IMG/VR virus record: IMGVR_UViG_3300036985_003683
Location: 1 to 64,000 of that record
Source: a virus
Strand: one strand, 5' to 3'
DNA: 64,000 nt
The notes beneath the pieces were generated by a model. That model made no database searches. It was not told the origin of the DNA and saw only the letters and a program-made list of their open reading frames with translations. Both the position numbers and the translations under genes were made by a program. Numbering within the stretch: the first letter of the stretch is position 1; the number at the start of each line of letters is the position of its first letter. This document shows positions 38,304 through 47,947 of this stretch, piece by piece.

Positions 38304-38850
38304 GTCTGGACCTTTTGTAAACACATACTGAGACGTGGGGTTCGAATTCCCAATCGCGTTTAGAGATCAACGTGACGTTATTCGCAGTTGCCCAAGACTC
38401 AAAGGAGTTGCGGAAATTGAAATTAGGAAAGTCACTTGGACTTTCCGACTCTAGGAGGAACAAGTATGCCCAATGTGACTCCTGTAGGAGTTGTAAGTGG
38501 GCTGGGAAGTTCTCAGGGGGAATGTGCTGCATTACGTAGCACGAGAGAACAGCGGTTACGTCGAAGGGAGTGCCGTAGGGAAGAACCTCCAATGGTGTTG
38601 TACACGCTTGTGGCATGTTGATGTTGCGGTCTATGGATATGACGTGAAAGCGCGTACTCAGGGGCTGTGATACCCGTCCCACGCCACACCCCAAATCTGC
38701 TACTCGTCTTCCCTCACTAACGTACACAGAAATCAGGTCCATGATGGCACGAGGTTCGTCATACCATTTGCGGAGGGTCATCAGTCCACCTGTGGAGGCA
38801 GCGTGGGCTTCTTCCCCTTCCAAGTTGGCCCAATCAGTGACGGTCTTCAT
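38275..38850 (-). CDS. Class I SAM-dependent methyltransferase
   Basis: VADLGCGVGR, VMQHIP. Confidence 0.8.
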   Translation of the reverse strand: MKTVTDWANLEGEEAHAASTGGLMTLRKWYDEPRAIMDLISVYVSEGRRVADLGCGVGRVSQPLSTRFHVISIDRNINMPQACTTPLEVLPYGTPFDVTAVLSCYVMQHIPPENFPAHLQLLQESHWAYLFLLESESPSDFPNFNFRNSFESWATANNVTLISKRDWEFEPHVSVCVYKRSRHASHIPLES

Positions 38851-39287
38851 AGAGAGACTTCCGCGAAGCAGTTTTCTGTCTCCCACAGTGTAACCTTCAC
38901 TATGGTGATATCACAATCTGCGAATACGTGTGGACACACACTCGTCAGTAGGAACTTTGCCATGTTCTCGGCAGTGGGGTTGTCTGGGAGTACAAAGTAC
39001 TTCTGATTAACTGCATCGCCATGTGTCCACACAGTCACCAGAGGATCGTTCTGGAAGAGGATCATTCCATGATCCCAATTGTCATCGATCCACCGACCGA
39101 GTTTCTCCTTGATTACACCGAAATCGATGATTCTGCCCAGGGTGTCCAATTCTGGAGCGTATGCTTCCACGAGTAGGACATAGTTGTGTCCGTGTAGGTT
39201 GTTACACTTGCTTTCGTGCAGGTGTACACGATGCCCCGAACAGAACTGGAATCGACGTGTGCAGGAGATTCTAGGACTTTTTACCAC
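38847..39287 (-). CDS. queD: 6-carboxytetrahydropterin synthase
   Basis: FCSGHR, CNNLHGHNY, IDFG, WDH, PTAEN, WET. Confidence 0.93.
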   Translation of the reverse strand: MVKSPRISCTRRFQFCSGHRVHLHESKCNNLHGHNYVLLVEAYAPELDTLGRIIDFGVIKEKLGRWIDDNWDHGMILFQNDPLVTVWTHGDAVNQKYFVLPDNPTAENMAKFLLTSVCPHVFADCDITIVKVTLWETENCFAEVSL

Positions 39288-39308
39288 TGTGTCCTCACTT
39301 TTAAGCGT

Positions 39309-39331
39309 TTTATACCAACGTATACAGTTGG
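39309..39331. repeat. 23-bp element, copy 2
   Basis: Identical to 8651-8673; just upstream of the queD RBS. Confidence 0.85.
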
Positions 39332-39393
39332 TTGAAATTCGAGCAACATTAAATACCCGCCACGAGGCACCAAAGATCCTCGATAATGCAGAC

Positions 39394-39426
39394 AAAAGGG
39401 CGACTGACACATAGTCAGTCGCCCTT
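39394..39426 (-). terminator. Intrinsic terminator after sigma-like gene
   Basis: AAGGGCGACTGAC-N5-GTCAGTCGCCCTT, 13-bp stem plus short U-run. Confidence 0.8.
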
Positions 39427-39466
39427 GATTGTGATTCAGATTAGAATCGCAGTCGCCGAGTAGGGA

Positions 39467-40612
39467 CTAAGCAGCTCGCAGAGCGAGGTGGTAGTGCTTC
39501 TTGCCTTCAACTTCAGTGCAGATGAGTTCGTTGCTGGCGATAAGCGCTTCAACAGCACCTTCCTTGAGCGAATGACGTCGGACTGAAACTTCCTTGGTCG
39601 CTTCGCCGTCAACAACATTTTCCTTGACTGCAGAGTGATCTTCCAAGTGACCCTTGGCACGAAGTGCAACGATCAGATCGGCAGCGCGAGTACCCTTGTT
39701 GGCTGGAAACTCGTTCGCAATACTCTGTGCGAGTTCTTCGCGTGAATGTGGACCGGACATCAGCTTTTCGAAAGCGACGTCCATCATGGTTCGGCGTACC
39801 TTCTTCTCAGCTGGTACAGTTGGTGCGGCAGTTGCTGGCGCGTCAGACATGGCAGTATTCCTCAACATAAAACTTCTTGGAACTCCTGAAGGAACTGTTC
39901 CTCCAGTTTCTATGCGCACTTTGGAGCACGCGTCAAAATCAACACAGGCATTACACTCTGAAGCAGCTCCGTTTGGATGTAACCCAAAGCAGTCGTTCTC
40001 AATCACGCCTGTTTCTCCTTTGCTCGCATTATTATACCGCAAGCCTGAAAGTTTTTCCTGAATCTCTGCATTTGCAAGAAGTACTGTGTCGTACGGCACT
40101 GATAACAGTGGTGCGATCTTGGTCAATGGTACCCGCTGGGGATAGCTGCACCATCGTACGTCTAGAATGACGCGCGCTACTGGCGACAGTACCCTCCACA
40201 GCTCTGTGTACAGTATGTCAGCTGCCTGTTCATCTGCAAGTACTTCAGCAGCGTCACTGATTGGCTGATCTGGATACTCGGACACAAACGTAACGTGCCT
40301 GGCTTGCGTAGCACTAGCAGCGCCCATGTCCCTATACCAATTGAACAGTGACGTAATCAAGTACGTCTTGAAGGTAGCCTTCCCCCTAGGGCCTACTCGC
40401 GTAGGGTCGTACTTCCCTGGGGTGTCCAAAAAGCCTGCGCATGATAGTAAGCACATGAACCCTTCTTGAAGAAGGTCATCGTACTCGTAAGACGCACACC
40501 AAGAGGACTTAGCTCGACTTGCTGAAATCCTGATGGTCTCTCCATATTCCTGATACAAACGCGTAGACTCCTGTGTCTGCTCGTCTGTCAACTTAACGGC
40601 GGTCTTCACCAC
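39467..40612 (-). CDS. Sigma70-like factor with Cys-rich and HTH-like C-terminal extension
   Basis: Region-2-like YDDLLQEGFMCL...YDP...FKTY...NWYRD; region-4-like LSPVARVIL...KIAPLL. Confidence 0.7.
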   Translation of the reverse strand: MVKTAVKLTDEQTQESTRLYQEYGETIRISASRAKSSWCASYEYDDLLQEGFMCLLSCAGFLDTPGKYDPTRVGPRGKATFKTYLITSLFNWYRDMGAASATQARHVTFVSEYPDQPISDAAEVLADEQAADILYTELWRVLSPVARVILDVRWCSYPQRVPLTKIAPLLSVPYDTVLLANAEIQEKLSGLRYNNASKGETGVIENDCFGLHPNGAASECNACVDFDACSKVRIETGGTVPSGVPRSFMLRNTAMSDAPATAAPTVPAEKKVRRTMMDVAFEKLMSGPHSREELAQSIANEFPANKGTRAADLIVALRAKGHLEDHSAVKENVVDGEATKEVSVRRHSLKEGAVEALIASNELICTEVEGKKHYHLALRAA

Positions 40613-40656
40613 TTTCTCCTACTTTCGAGTTTGAAAATTACCTTCCACGACATTCT

Positions 40657-40685
40657 ATTATAATGAACTTTACCTCCGATTTCAA
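40657..40685 (-). promoter_or_regulatory. Sigma70-type promoter for the sigma-like gene
   Basis: TTGAAA-17 nt-TATAAT, then AGGAG RBS. Confidence 0.8.
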
Positions 40686-40711
40686 GGGTTTAACCTCTAA
40701 AAAATGAATTT

Positions 40712-42493
40712 CTAGGAACTTTCCTCAGAACGTATCCGTACGGGTGCTAACGCGTGAGATTCATCCATCTCAGTGAACGTAGCTCGGTCACCGTCAAAAT
40801 ACAGAACAGCTTGCCCACCTGCACGATAGCGTGAAGCTGGACACCTGATGAGAACTTCTGGTGAGAAAGACTCACGTTCTTCCGTCACAATGTCTTCCTC
40901 GGTGATAGTCTCGTCCGAGCTATGTGAGGGCTTACGCCAAAGCGATAGCATGCCGTCAGCGTCTGCGATGATGGAGCCTGACCCACTAGGATCATACATA
41001 CCTGGAGATGAACGTGGATCCATCTTTCTAGGTTGGACTACTAGCAGAATAGCTATGTCCAAGTCCATAGCCAATTCCTTGAAGCCCCTGGAGACGTGTG
41101 CTTGCTCCTGGAAGGTGTTTTCAACACTTCGACACAGCAGCTGCAGGTTGTCGAAACACACTAGTTTCACACCGTGACGTTTAGCACTGTATACGATCAC
41201 TTCCTTTATGTGCTCGAACGTCCACTCCTTAGGTACTGCACCGTAGAAGAAGGGCACTTCTCGAAACTTCAGTTTGGTCATCTTCACTTCGAGTGAAGTG
41301 ATATCGGACCTACTGGAGAGTGTTGCACCCGCGACTAGTGACTGTGCCAAACGCCACAGGGGCATTTCCAGACAGTACATCATAGTTGGAACGCGGTGGA
41401 CCTGTGCTAACCATGCCAGCCACTGCTGAGCTAGGGTGGTCTTACCAGTTTTGGGAATGGCTTGGAGCAGCATCACTTCCCCTGGAGATATCATGCCGAT
41501 CACGTGATTGACAGACGCCCAAGGAGAAGCGTATCCAGTCTCTACAGATCCGAAACTGGTAATGTGGTTCTCCAGTTCCGTCAGCGCAGTCATCACGGAG
41601 GCTACTTCACCCTTGCCACACTGTTTTGCTTCAGAGATGCAGGCGTCGAGTTTCTTCTTGGCGTCTTCATATCCGAACTTGACTAGGAGCTCATTGATGT
41701 CCATTCCGTTAGGAATGCGCACATCGTAACAGCGCTCTTCTCCCAAACGCGTGGAGATCTTCTTCACTCCAGCTCGACCTGCGGCATCGGGGTCCAATAT
41801 GAAGTACACGCGTTCGAAGCCAATTAGGTCATCCCAGTGCTCTGGCGAGAAGTTGTCTGCCCCTTGAGGTAGACTGACCATGTTGGGATAGCCCATCATC
41901 ACGCCCGAGATGCAGTCTATCTCGCCCTCGACCACTATGACTGACTTCAGTCCGGGAGCTTTCAGAGCATCCCTATTGAAGAGAGGCTTCTCGTGTTTGG
42001 CCTTTATCTGGAAGGCCTTCTCAGCAGGTGGGAGGGACCTGTACTTGATGTTGACGCATACGCCGTCACTGAAATAGGGAAGGGTAAGGAATCTTCCTTC
42101 CTCCTTATACGCCACTCCCAATCTGAATGCACTAATGGCATCCTCGCCTAACATTCGGGCATATAGCCACTGCTTGGCGGATATGTCATTCGACAGTTGG
42201 ATAGCGTTTAGTTGCAGTTCCTCGGGAGACACCACATCGTATGAGATGTCGTCGCCCCAAGCCTCAGCAACTGCTGAAGGTGGTTCTATGTCACCACAAT
42301 GGCGCTTAAGTGTGAGAACATTGCCTCTCTCACCGCACTTGAAGCATTGCCATAGGCCCATTCTACGATTGATGCTGAATCGTGACTTAGCATCGCTACA
42401 CAGGGGACAGATCCTTACCACTATCTCGTCGTTCTCGATGTGGTAGTCCCATCCCTTGGAGTCTACATACGCCTGAGCGTCTTCCGTCGACAT
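40712..42493 (-). CDS. Primase-helicase (T7 gp4/Twinkle-like)
   Basis: CPLC...CFKC zinc finger, TOPRIM VEGEID/DPDAAG, Walker A PKTGKTT, FDNL, GSGSI..DAD. Confidence 0.93.
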   Translation of the reverse strand: MSTEDAQAYVDSKGWDYHIENDEIVVRICPLCSDAKSRFSINRRMGLWQCFKCGERGNVLTLKRHCGDIEPPSAVAEAWGDDISYDVVSPEELQLNAIQLSNDISAKQWLYARMLGEDAISAFRLGVAYKEEGRFLTLPYFSDGVCVNIKYRSLPPAEKAFQIKAKHEKPLFNRDALKAPGLKSVIVVEGEIDCISGVMMGYPNMVSLPQGADNFSPEHWDDLIGFERVYFILDPDAAGRAGVKKISTRLGEERCYDVRIPNGMDINELLVKFGYEDAKKKLDACISEAKQCGKGEVASVMTALTELENHITSFGSVETGYASPWASVNHVIGMISPGEVMLLQAIPKTGKTTLAQQWLAWLAQVHRVPTMMYCLEMPLWRLAQSLVAGATLSSRSDITSLEVKMTKLKFREVPFFYGAVPKEWTFEHIKEVIVYSAKRHGVKLVCFDNLQLLCRSVENTFQEQAHVSRGFKELAMDLDIAILLVVQPRKMDPRSSPGMYDPSGSGSIIADADGMLSLWRKPSHSSDETITEEDIVTEERESFSPEVLIRCPASRYRAGGQAVLYFDGDRATFTEMDESHALAPVRIRSEESS

Positions 42494-42531
42494 TACAGCT
42501 GACCCTTCTTTGTGATTCCACCTAAGTGACT

Positions 42532-43068
42532 TCACTTCAGTGACTTCACCTCAACTGGAGAGAATGCCATATCAACGAGCCTGCCTAGGATACTCACAGA
42601 GACTGTTATGACGTCTGTAGTGATTTCGGCCACTCGTCCTGTATGATGCATCAATGGACCAGATACAATTTCAACCTCGTCGTCTACCCTTAGTGTGACG
42701 ACATTATCCACTGAACGATTGTGCATGTTCAACATGCGTGTGACATCCGCTTGAGGGATGCCGTCTAGAGCACTACTCACATCGGGAGATAGGAACCCTC
42801 CCACTCCCTTCACTTCGCGAACTGCCTCGACTAGATCAAAGTCAGCGTTTGCCACTCGTAAGAAGATGTAGCCCTGTGCTGCGGGTTCTGAGGCAACCAC
42901 CGTCTTCTTGTTCACCACCTTCCGCACACTGACCAGTGGGAGGAAGACTTCCAACAAACACTGATGCTCACTCATTAACTCGCGCAACTTAGCAGCAACC
43001 TGCACGTCATTCCCAGAATGCGTCCAAACTACTAACCACTTACGCGGAAATCTCTTGACTTGCACCAT
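42532..43068 (-). CDS. NusG-family transcription factor (NGN + KOW)
   Basis: WLVVWTHSG, VFLP, GYIFL, GVGGFL, VEIVSGP, ILGR. Confidence 0.85.
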   Translation of the reverse strand: MVQVKRFPRKWLVVWTHSGNDVQVAAKLRELMSEHQCLLEVFLPLVSVRKVVNKKTVVASEPAAQGYIFLRVANADFDLVEAVREVKGVGGFLSPDVSSALDGIPQADVTRMLNMHNRSVDNVVTLRVDDEVEIVSGPLMHHTGRVAEITTDVITVSVSILGRLVDMAFSPVEVKSLK

Positions 43069-43081
43069 AAACCTGTTCCCC

Positions 43082-43783
43082 CTAGTCAGTTCGCGACTTG
43101 TCATATTCTTCCTCTAGCGAGATAATATACGCTTCTTGCTGATTAGAATTCATCGCTGAATACTTGACGTGGTCGATCGCTGATTTCACCCAAGTGGAGC
43201 GAGCTAGTGCCTGTGTGTGTACCTGTGTGGGTCTTCTCTCCACTTTCACTGTCGCCGCCTTGGGCTGTGTTGTAGCTGGAGAGTGAGAGCGTGCAGAGTC
43301 ATTCCTAATGATACCCCTAGCGTACGCTTCACCATACTGACTAGCTTCAGAAAGTCCATGGTAAGTTCTCAATCCCCGAATTACCACTTCTCGTTCGAAT
43401 GTGTTGTAATACTCCAATTCGTCTAGCTTCTGGAGTGGAGTCAAATCGGGCTTGCCACGTTTGCCTGCGAATAGTACAAAAGTGGACCCTATGATCCTCC
43501 GCTCCAAATCCGTGTATCTGCCTAGTAGTACTTCTATCACATCTGTGGGTGTAGACTGGTGACCCCAAAGGGTCTCACATAGTACAGTCTGTCCTAGCAC
43601 AAATCTACCTAGACGCTGATGTCCCTTAATCCAATGTGAATTCCTCAACTCGGTGGTCTCAGTCTTGTAGCCCTCGTGGTTGGGCAAATCGCATATGACC
43701 ATTCCCTCATCATGGGAGCGTATGTTACACATGAATAGGTAGAGTTCCTGAGCCCTGCTGCTAACCGCGCGTGGTTGTGGCAT
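43082..43783 (-). CDS. Hypothetical protein (replication-associated?)
   Basis: Long ORF between helicase and nusG-like gene; no recognised motif. Confidence 0.6.
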   Translation of the reverse strand: MPQPRAVSSRAQELYLFMCNIRSHDEGMVICDLPNHEGYKTETTELRNSHWIKGHQRLGRFVLGQTVLCETLWGHQSTPTDVIEVLLGRYTDLERRIIGSTFVLFAGKRGKPDLTPLQKLDELEYYNTFEREVVIRGLRTYHGLSEASQYGEAYARGIIRNDSARSHSPATTQPKAATVKVERRPTQVHTQALARSTWVKSAIDHVKYSAMNSNQQEAYIISLEEEYDKSRTD

Positions 43784-45209
43784 CGTAATTCTCTGTGATG
43801 ATAGCACTAACGGCTGCATAGTGACCCCTACGTTGGTCACTGTGTTGCAGCAGTTTGGGATGGTGATTATCTACAAAGTCGTGAATGTGTACTTCACCTC
43901 CCCATCCATCCTCGTGTTGACCAATGTCTGTAGGGCGCATTCCACGACCTATACGCTGTTTCACTATGATAGCTGCCTTTAGCCCTCCACCGATGACAAC
44001 TCTTCTCACCGCTGGAATATCCTGCCCTTCTCCTGCAACTCCATCCGTAGCTATCAGGATCAGGAGATCCCCACTCCGCAAACGTGCGTAATACGTGTCT
44101 CGCACTGACTGTGGAGTATCTCCATTCATGAATTCGTGAAAGCCATTGACCCCAATGCTCTCAGACAGTGCGTCGTAGATCTTCCTACCGTGATCGATAC
44201 TGGATACGAAAACGATACACGCAGTCTTCTCCGTCACACTACGCATGGAGCGTTCAACTATGTGAACGTTCCGGACTGCGTTCTCGACTATTCCCAATCT
44301 GTAAACGTCAGGCCAAGCAGAAGCTATGATAGGTTTCCGAGGTGTATGAATCATCTCTACATGGGGTCTGGAGAGGAATCCTCGAACCTCCTCAGCTTCC
44401 CTCTCGTAGATAACATCCCCACAACATCCCATCAACTCCAGTGTGGACTTGTCTGAACGTTCGAAGGGGGTTGCAGATGCCCCAAATCTGTAGGCAGCTG
44501 GTATGGCCATAGCTGTCTCATACCAGGTATCAGCAGCTCCGTGGTGACACTCATCTAGCACCAGTACCTGGATCTGTTTGAACCACCAGGCTAGCTGATC
44601 TCTACGCCTGTGTAGTGACTGGACCAATCCCACAGTCCAACGCTTGATAGTCTTCTCCTCCCCGCTGAACATGCCCACTTCGCGGTTGGGTGACACTCCC
44701 ATCTCGATGTTCTTCCGAGTCTGTCTTGCGAGTGCTCCTTCATGGGTTATCCACAGAGTTGGCAAATCCAAAGCAGCCAATATACCAATCAGCGTCTTGG
44801 TCTTACCTGCGCCTGTGGGCAGTCTCAATACTCCTCGTCGACTCGCGAGTGCTATACCTGAGCCCTCCACTTGATACTCGCGCATCTCAAAAGATACAGA
44901 GGTGGGGTCCACTTCCATAGGTCGGTTGGGATATACGCGAGTGTCCTCTATGTGTACACGTTGAAAGTTCTGTGCCTGGAGTCGGGTTACCACGTGCTGC
45001 AGTATACCTGCTGGGAATCTGCCCTCGTGAGCATTTCGCGTCTTCTTAAGAAGGCACTTCTTCCCGTCCCAGAAGCCTTGTTGAAAGAGCTCGGACATCC
45101 AAGCGTCTGCAGTGGCGTAACTGCACGCTTCTGTGAGTGCTAAATGCTCCTCGGGATCAAACTCCCAAGTGGCAACACACCAATCATGACCTATGCGTAT
45201 GGTTATCAA
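43761..45209 (-). CDS. Superfamily 2 helicase (UvsW/ResIII-like)
   Basis: PTGAGKT, DECH, SATP, EGQDIP, QRIGRGMR. Confidence 0.92.
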   Translation of the reverse strand: MITIRIGHDWCVATWEFDPEEHLALTEACSYATADAWMSELFQQGFWDGKKCLLKKTRNAHEGRFPAGILQHVVTRLQAQNFQRVHIEDTRVYPNRPMEVDPTSVSFEMREYQVEGSGIALASRRGVLRLPTGAGKTKTLIGILAALDLPTLWITHEGALARQTRKNIEMGVSPNREVGMFSGEEKTIKRWTVGLVQSLHRRRDQLAWWFKQIQVLVLDECHHGAADTWYETAMAIPAAYRFGASATPFERSDKSTLELMGCCGDVIYEREAEEVRGFLSRPHVEMIHTPRKPIIASAWPDVYRLGIVENAVRNVHIVERSMRSVTEKTACIVFVSSIDHGRKIYDALSESIGVNGFHEFMNGDTPQSVRDTYYARLRSGDLLILIATDGVAGEGQDIPAVRRVVIGGGLKAAIIVKQRIGRGMRPTDIGQHEDGWGGEVHIHDFVDNHHPKLLQHSDQRRGHYAAVSAIITENYDATTTRG

Positions 45210-45444
45210 AAATCAACCCTTTCGCACAATGCTTGCATACAGACTTGCCTAGAAGGCGTACAAGTGTGTCGTCGGAATTTTCGTAAATGACGCAAGTGCC
45301 TGGTATGACCTTGTCGTCGTGAATGAGCCTCCTGCCACATTGAGAGCATCCACATAGTAGGTGAATGCGCTGGATTGCTCCTAGGGTAGCTAGTCTGAGC
45401 GTATCCTCGGAGTCTATATCATTCCAGAAATCTGAGACAGTCAT
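45184..45444 (-). CDS. Small zinc-binding hypothetical protein
   Basis: CSQC...CKHC; GGAGG RBS. Confidence 0.55.
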   Translation of the reverse strand: MTVSDFWNDIDSEDTLRLATLGAIQRIHLLCGCSQCGRRLIHDDKVIPGTCVIYENSDDTLVRLLGKSVCKHCAKGLIFDNHTHRS

Positions 45445-46280
45445 CGGACCTCCAAATACTCCCTGATAGAATTGGTTATTAAAGGTAGAGACCAATTATA
45501 CCTCGTCGACAAATTAAATACGTTGTGTTCAAGTGTTCCCACTGATGTCCCCGTTACCTCACGCGAAGACCCATACTCCTTAACTATGTCGCGTGCGAAA
45601 CTGTACCAAGAGTAGTCACGCAGATGTGGTGGAGCTATATGTACTATGCGTGGGACGTAATCCGTCACCACCAATTCCGCGAATACGTCAGCGATGTGGG
45701 GACAGTATCCTGGGCTGCATCCCATATTGGATGGAAACTCCAGGGGCTCGCCACTCTCCACCTTACGAAGTACCTGTTCAACGAAATTGGGACGTGACTT
45801 ACCTCTACAGGGGGAGGGTCCATACAGGGCCGAAACACGGACGACTGTGTTTTGGTGCCTCAACAGCGTTTCGCTAGCTCTCTTGCTGTCAGAGTACACT
45901 GACTTGTGACTGATACTGGTCTCAGTGTCCTCGTAGCAAACCCCCGGAGAGGAAAATACCATATCCGTACTGACGTGAAACAGCTTGGCGGATACCTTCC
46001 GTGCAGTGTGATCCATCACTGCCACTGCTAGGGTGTTCACTGCACGAGTGGTGGTGGGCTGCAGTTCACACTTGGCTATATCATGCATAGCTGCGCAATT
46101 GATGATTACGTTGGGGTTCTCTGCTATGATGTACTCTTGCAGTCCGAACAGATCGGTCACATCGCATTCCGAATGAGTGGGAGTGATCAGATAGTGACCC
46201 CTCTCCAGCAATCGGCTAGATATGGCGCTTCCCAATTGACCTTGCGCACCCAGTACTAGAATCCTCATGTTGTGACTCAC
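45441..46280 (-). CDS. RmlD-like NDP-4-keto-6-deoxyhexose reductase
   Basis: GAQGQLG, INCAA, STDMVF, YSDSK. Confidence 0.88.
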   Translation of the reverse strand: MSHNMRILVLGAQGQLGSAISSRLLERGHYLITPTHSECDVTDLFGLQEYIIAENPNVIINCAAMHDIAKCELQPTTTRAVNTLAVAVMDHTARKVSAKLFHVSTDMVFSSPGVCYEDTETSISHKSVYSDSKRASETLLRHQNTVVRVSALYGPSPCRGKSRPNFVEQVLRKVESGEPLEFPSNMGCSPGYCPHIADVFAELVVTDYVPRIVHIAPPHLRDYSWYSFARDIVKEYGSSREVTGTSVGTLEHNVFNLSTRYNWSLPLITNSIREYLEVR

Positions 46281-46401
46281 TTCTACGATACACCTTGAGA
46301 GTGGACATAATTACCACAAACGCGAAAAGGAACGAAGCCCCCATAAGGAAGAAGCCTCCGTGCACATATAGACTTCCATTTTCGTACGAAAACACATGCA
46401 T
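46216..46401 (-). CDS. Small single-pass membrane protein
   Basis: GGFFLMGASFLFAFVVIM then basic residues; GGAG RBS. Confidence 0.5.
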   Translation of the reverse strand: MHVFSYENGSLYVHGGFFLMGASFLFAFVVIMSTLKVYRRSESQHEDSSTGCARSIGKRHI

Positions 46402-46402
46402 A

Positions 46403-47371
46403 TCATACTCCAGGTGGTAGATAGAGGTCGCGAATCCAATGGCGCATTCGTACGACTTCATGCATCCAAGGAACATTGCGACTGGTTGGTTCGTTGAAGT
46501 TAAATCGGGAGTGCAGCAACTCCTTCACGGCATAATCAATAGTGAGTTGTGCTTGCAGACCTAGGGAAGTAGCTCTCTCACATGTCATGTGATACGAACG
46601 AGCACTTCCAGAATCGTTCCCCTCCATGATTTCAATCGCAGGTGCACCAGTGTGTAGTCCCACCAATCGAGCGATATCCAACATGGTGTAGTTATGCTTG
46701 CACAAGTTGATGGTAGTGGGTACCTTCATCCTGTCTAGCAGCATCATCATGAGTGTTGCGTAGGCGTTCACAGCGTCTGTGACATGTAGGAGAGGTCGCT
46801 CAGTGTTGGGTCCCCAAACACGTATCTTACTCTCATTGGCCGCAGAGGCCGTCATAGCATTTACTACCAAATCCATACGTGTACGCTCAGACCCCAATCC
46901 CATAAGTGTCCCCTTTCGAAGACAGGTATAGTCATGGGGTCTCAGCTTTCTCGCGATGTATTGCTCAGCTGCCCACTTGAGTTTGCCATAGTCACAGATA
47001 GGTGTTGGATCAGTCTCATCTCCCACTACGTCTTGAGAAAAACCATACACGCTTGCGGTAGATGCAAAGACCAGTGGAATACGCTTACCAGTCTCAAGAA
47101 TCATATCCACTAGATGTCTGGTTTCCGAGAGTGAGAACTTCTGCAGGTTCTGAAAGTCACTCCCTGCGGATGAGAACCACGCCAGATGGAAGATGCCGTC
47201 GTACTCTTTCAACTCCCAGGATTCCAGTGTGCCCACAGTGCGATTGGATATCCTTGCAGGGTACGTAAACCACCCCGCGTCCAAACAGTCCACCTCCATG
47301 CCACTCGCAATGAGGAGCTTCACTAGACCCGCCCCAACGTATCCACTCGACCCTGTGACTAGGAACTTCAT
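46403..47371 (-). CDS. NAD-dependent sugar epimerase/dehydratase (SDR)
   Basis: VTGSSGYVG, HLA, STASVYG, YGKLK, RMDLVVN, RPLLHVTD. Confidence 0.9.
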   Translation of the reverse strand: MKFLVTGSSGYVGAGLVKLLIASGMEVDCLDAGWFTYPARISNRTVGTLESWELKEYDGIFHLAWFSSAGSDFQNLQKFSLSETRHLVDMILETGKRIPLVFASTASVYGFSQDVVGDETDPTPICDYGKLKWAAEQYIARKLRPHDYTCLRKGTLMGLGSERTRMDLVVNAMTASAANESKIRVWGPNTERPLLHVTDAVNAYATLMMMLLDRMKVPTTINLCKHNYTMLDIARLVGLHTGAPAIEIMEGNDSGSARSYHMTCERATSLGLQAQLTIDYAVKELLHSRFNFNEPTSRNVPWMHEVVRMRHWIRDLYLPPGV

Positions 47372-47916
47372 TTTGGTCTCACTTCCCAATAGACTCCAGA
47401 TGTCTTGAACGCATCATACGAAATGCGTTCCTCATCTGGCTTGTTACGGTCGTACACTTCTGAACCAGTGCACACCATGATTGTGTTAGGTGTCAGGGAC
47501 TGCCAGCCGTGCCAGAACCCCGGCGGAATGGTCAACCTCTGCATAGGCGCTGCCGACAGGATGAACTGACGTGCTTCACCCTCTGGAGATACGACCCACA
47601 CACGGGCCTTACCGTTCACTATTGTGAAGAAGTCCCACAGTTTCTCGTGTCGATGGAACGCCCGGATGGTCATGGCCTGTTCATTGCGTACAATGTACGT
47701 TTGGCCAAAGTTACCAACCTGAAGTGGAACTTCCACCCGAGCAGGCGTACCCTCAATCGGAAGGAGTACTGGTCCCTCCTTACGGTGTACGACTGACTCT
47801 GCCCTGAAGTATTCCACCGTGGGTAGATCGTAGTTGTGTACAATCTCAGTCAGATCTCCCCGATCGTCGTGCAATGTTGTCAAAGCCTCAAGGAGAGGCC
47901 CGTTCTGCTTAATCAT
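47368..47916 (-). CDS. RmlC-like 3,5-epimerase
   Basis: DDRG, IRAFHRH, IPPGFWHGWQ. Confidence 0.88.
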   Translation of the reverse strand: MIKQNGPLLEALTTLHDDRGDLTEIVHNYDLPTVEYFRAESVVHRKEGPVLLPIEGTPARVEVPLQVGNFGQTYIVRNEQAMTIRAFHRHEKLWDFFTIVNGKARVWVVSPEGEARQFILSAAPMQRLTIPPGFWHGWQSLTPNTIMVCTGSEVYDRNKPDEERISYDAFKTSGVYWEVRPK

Positions 47917-47947
47917 CCCAATCTCCATTAGTAGGTCGTACCAAAAA

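Noticed and set aside
39288-39410. Longer N-termini in the ORF track (queD, also recA-like, DUF932-like, FkbM)
   Set aside because: Extensions cross terminators, promoter elements or upstream genes; internal starts have better RBS or coupling
46216-46401. Holin
   Set aside because: Single TM segment and no endolysin or spanin nearby
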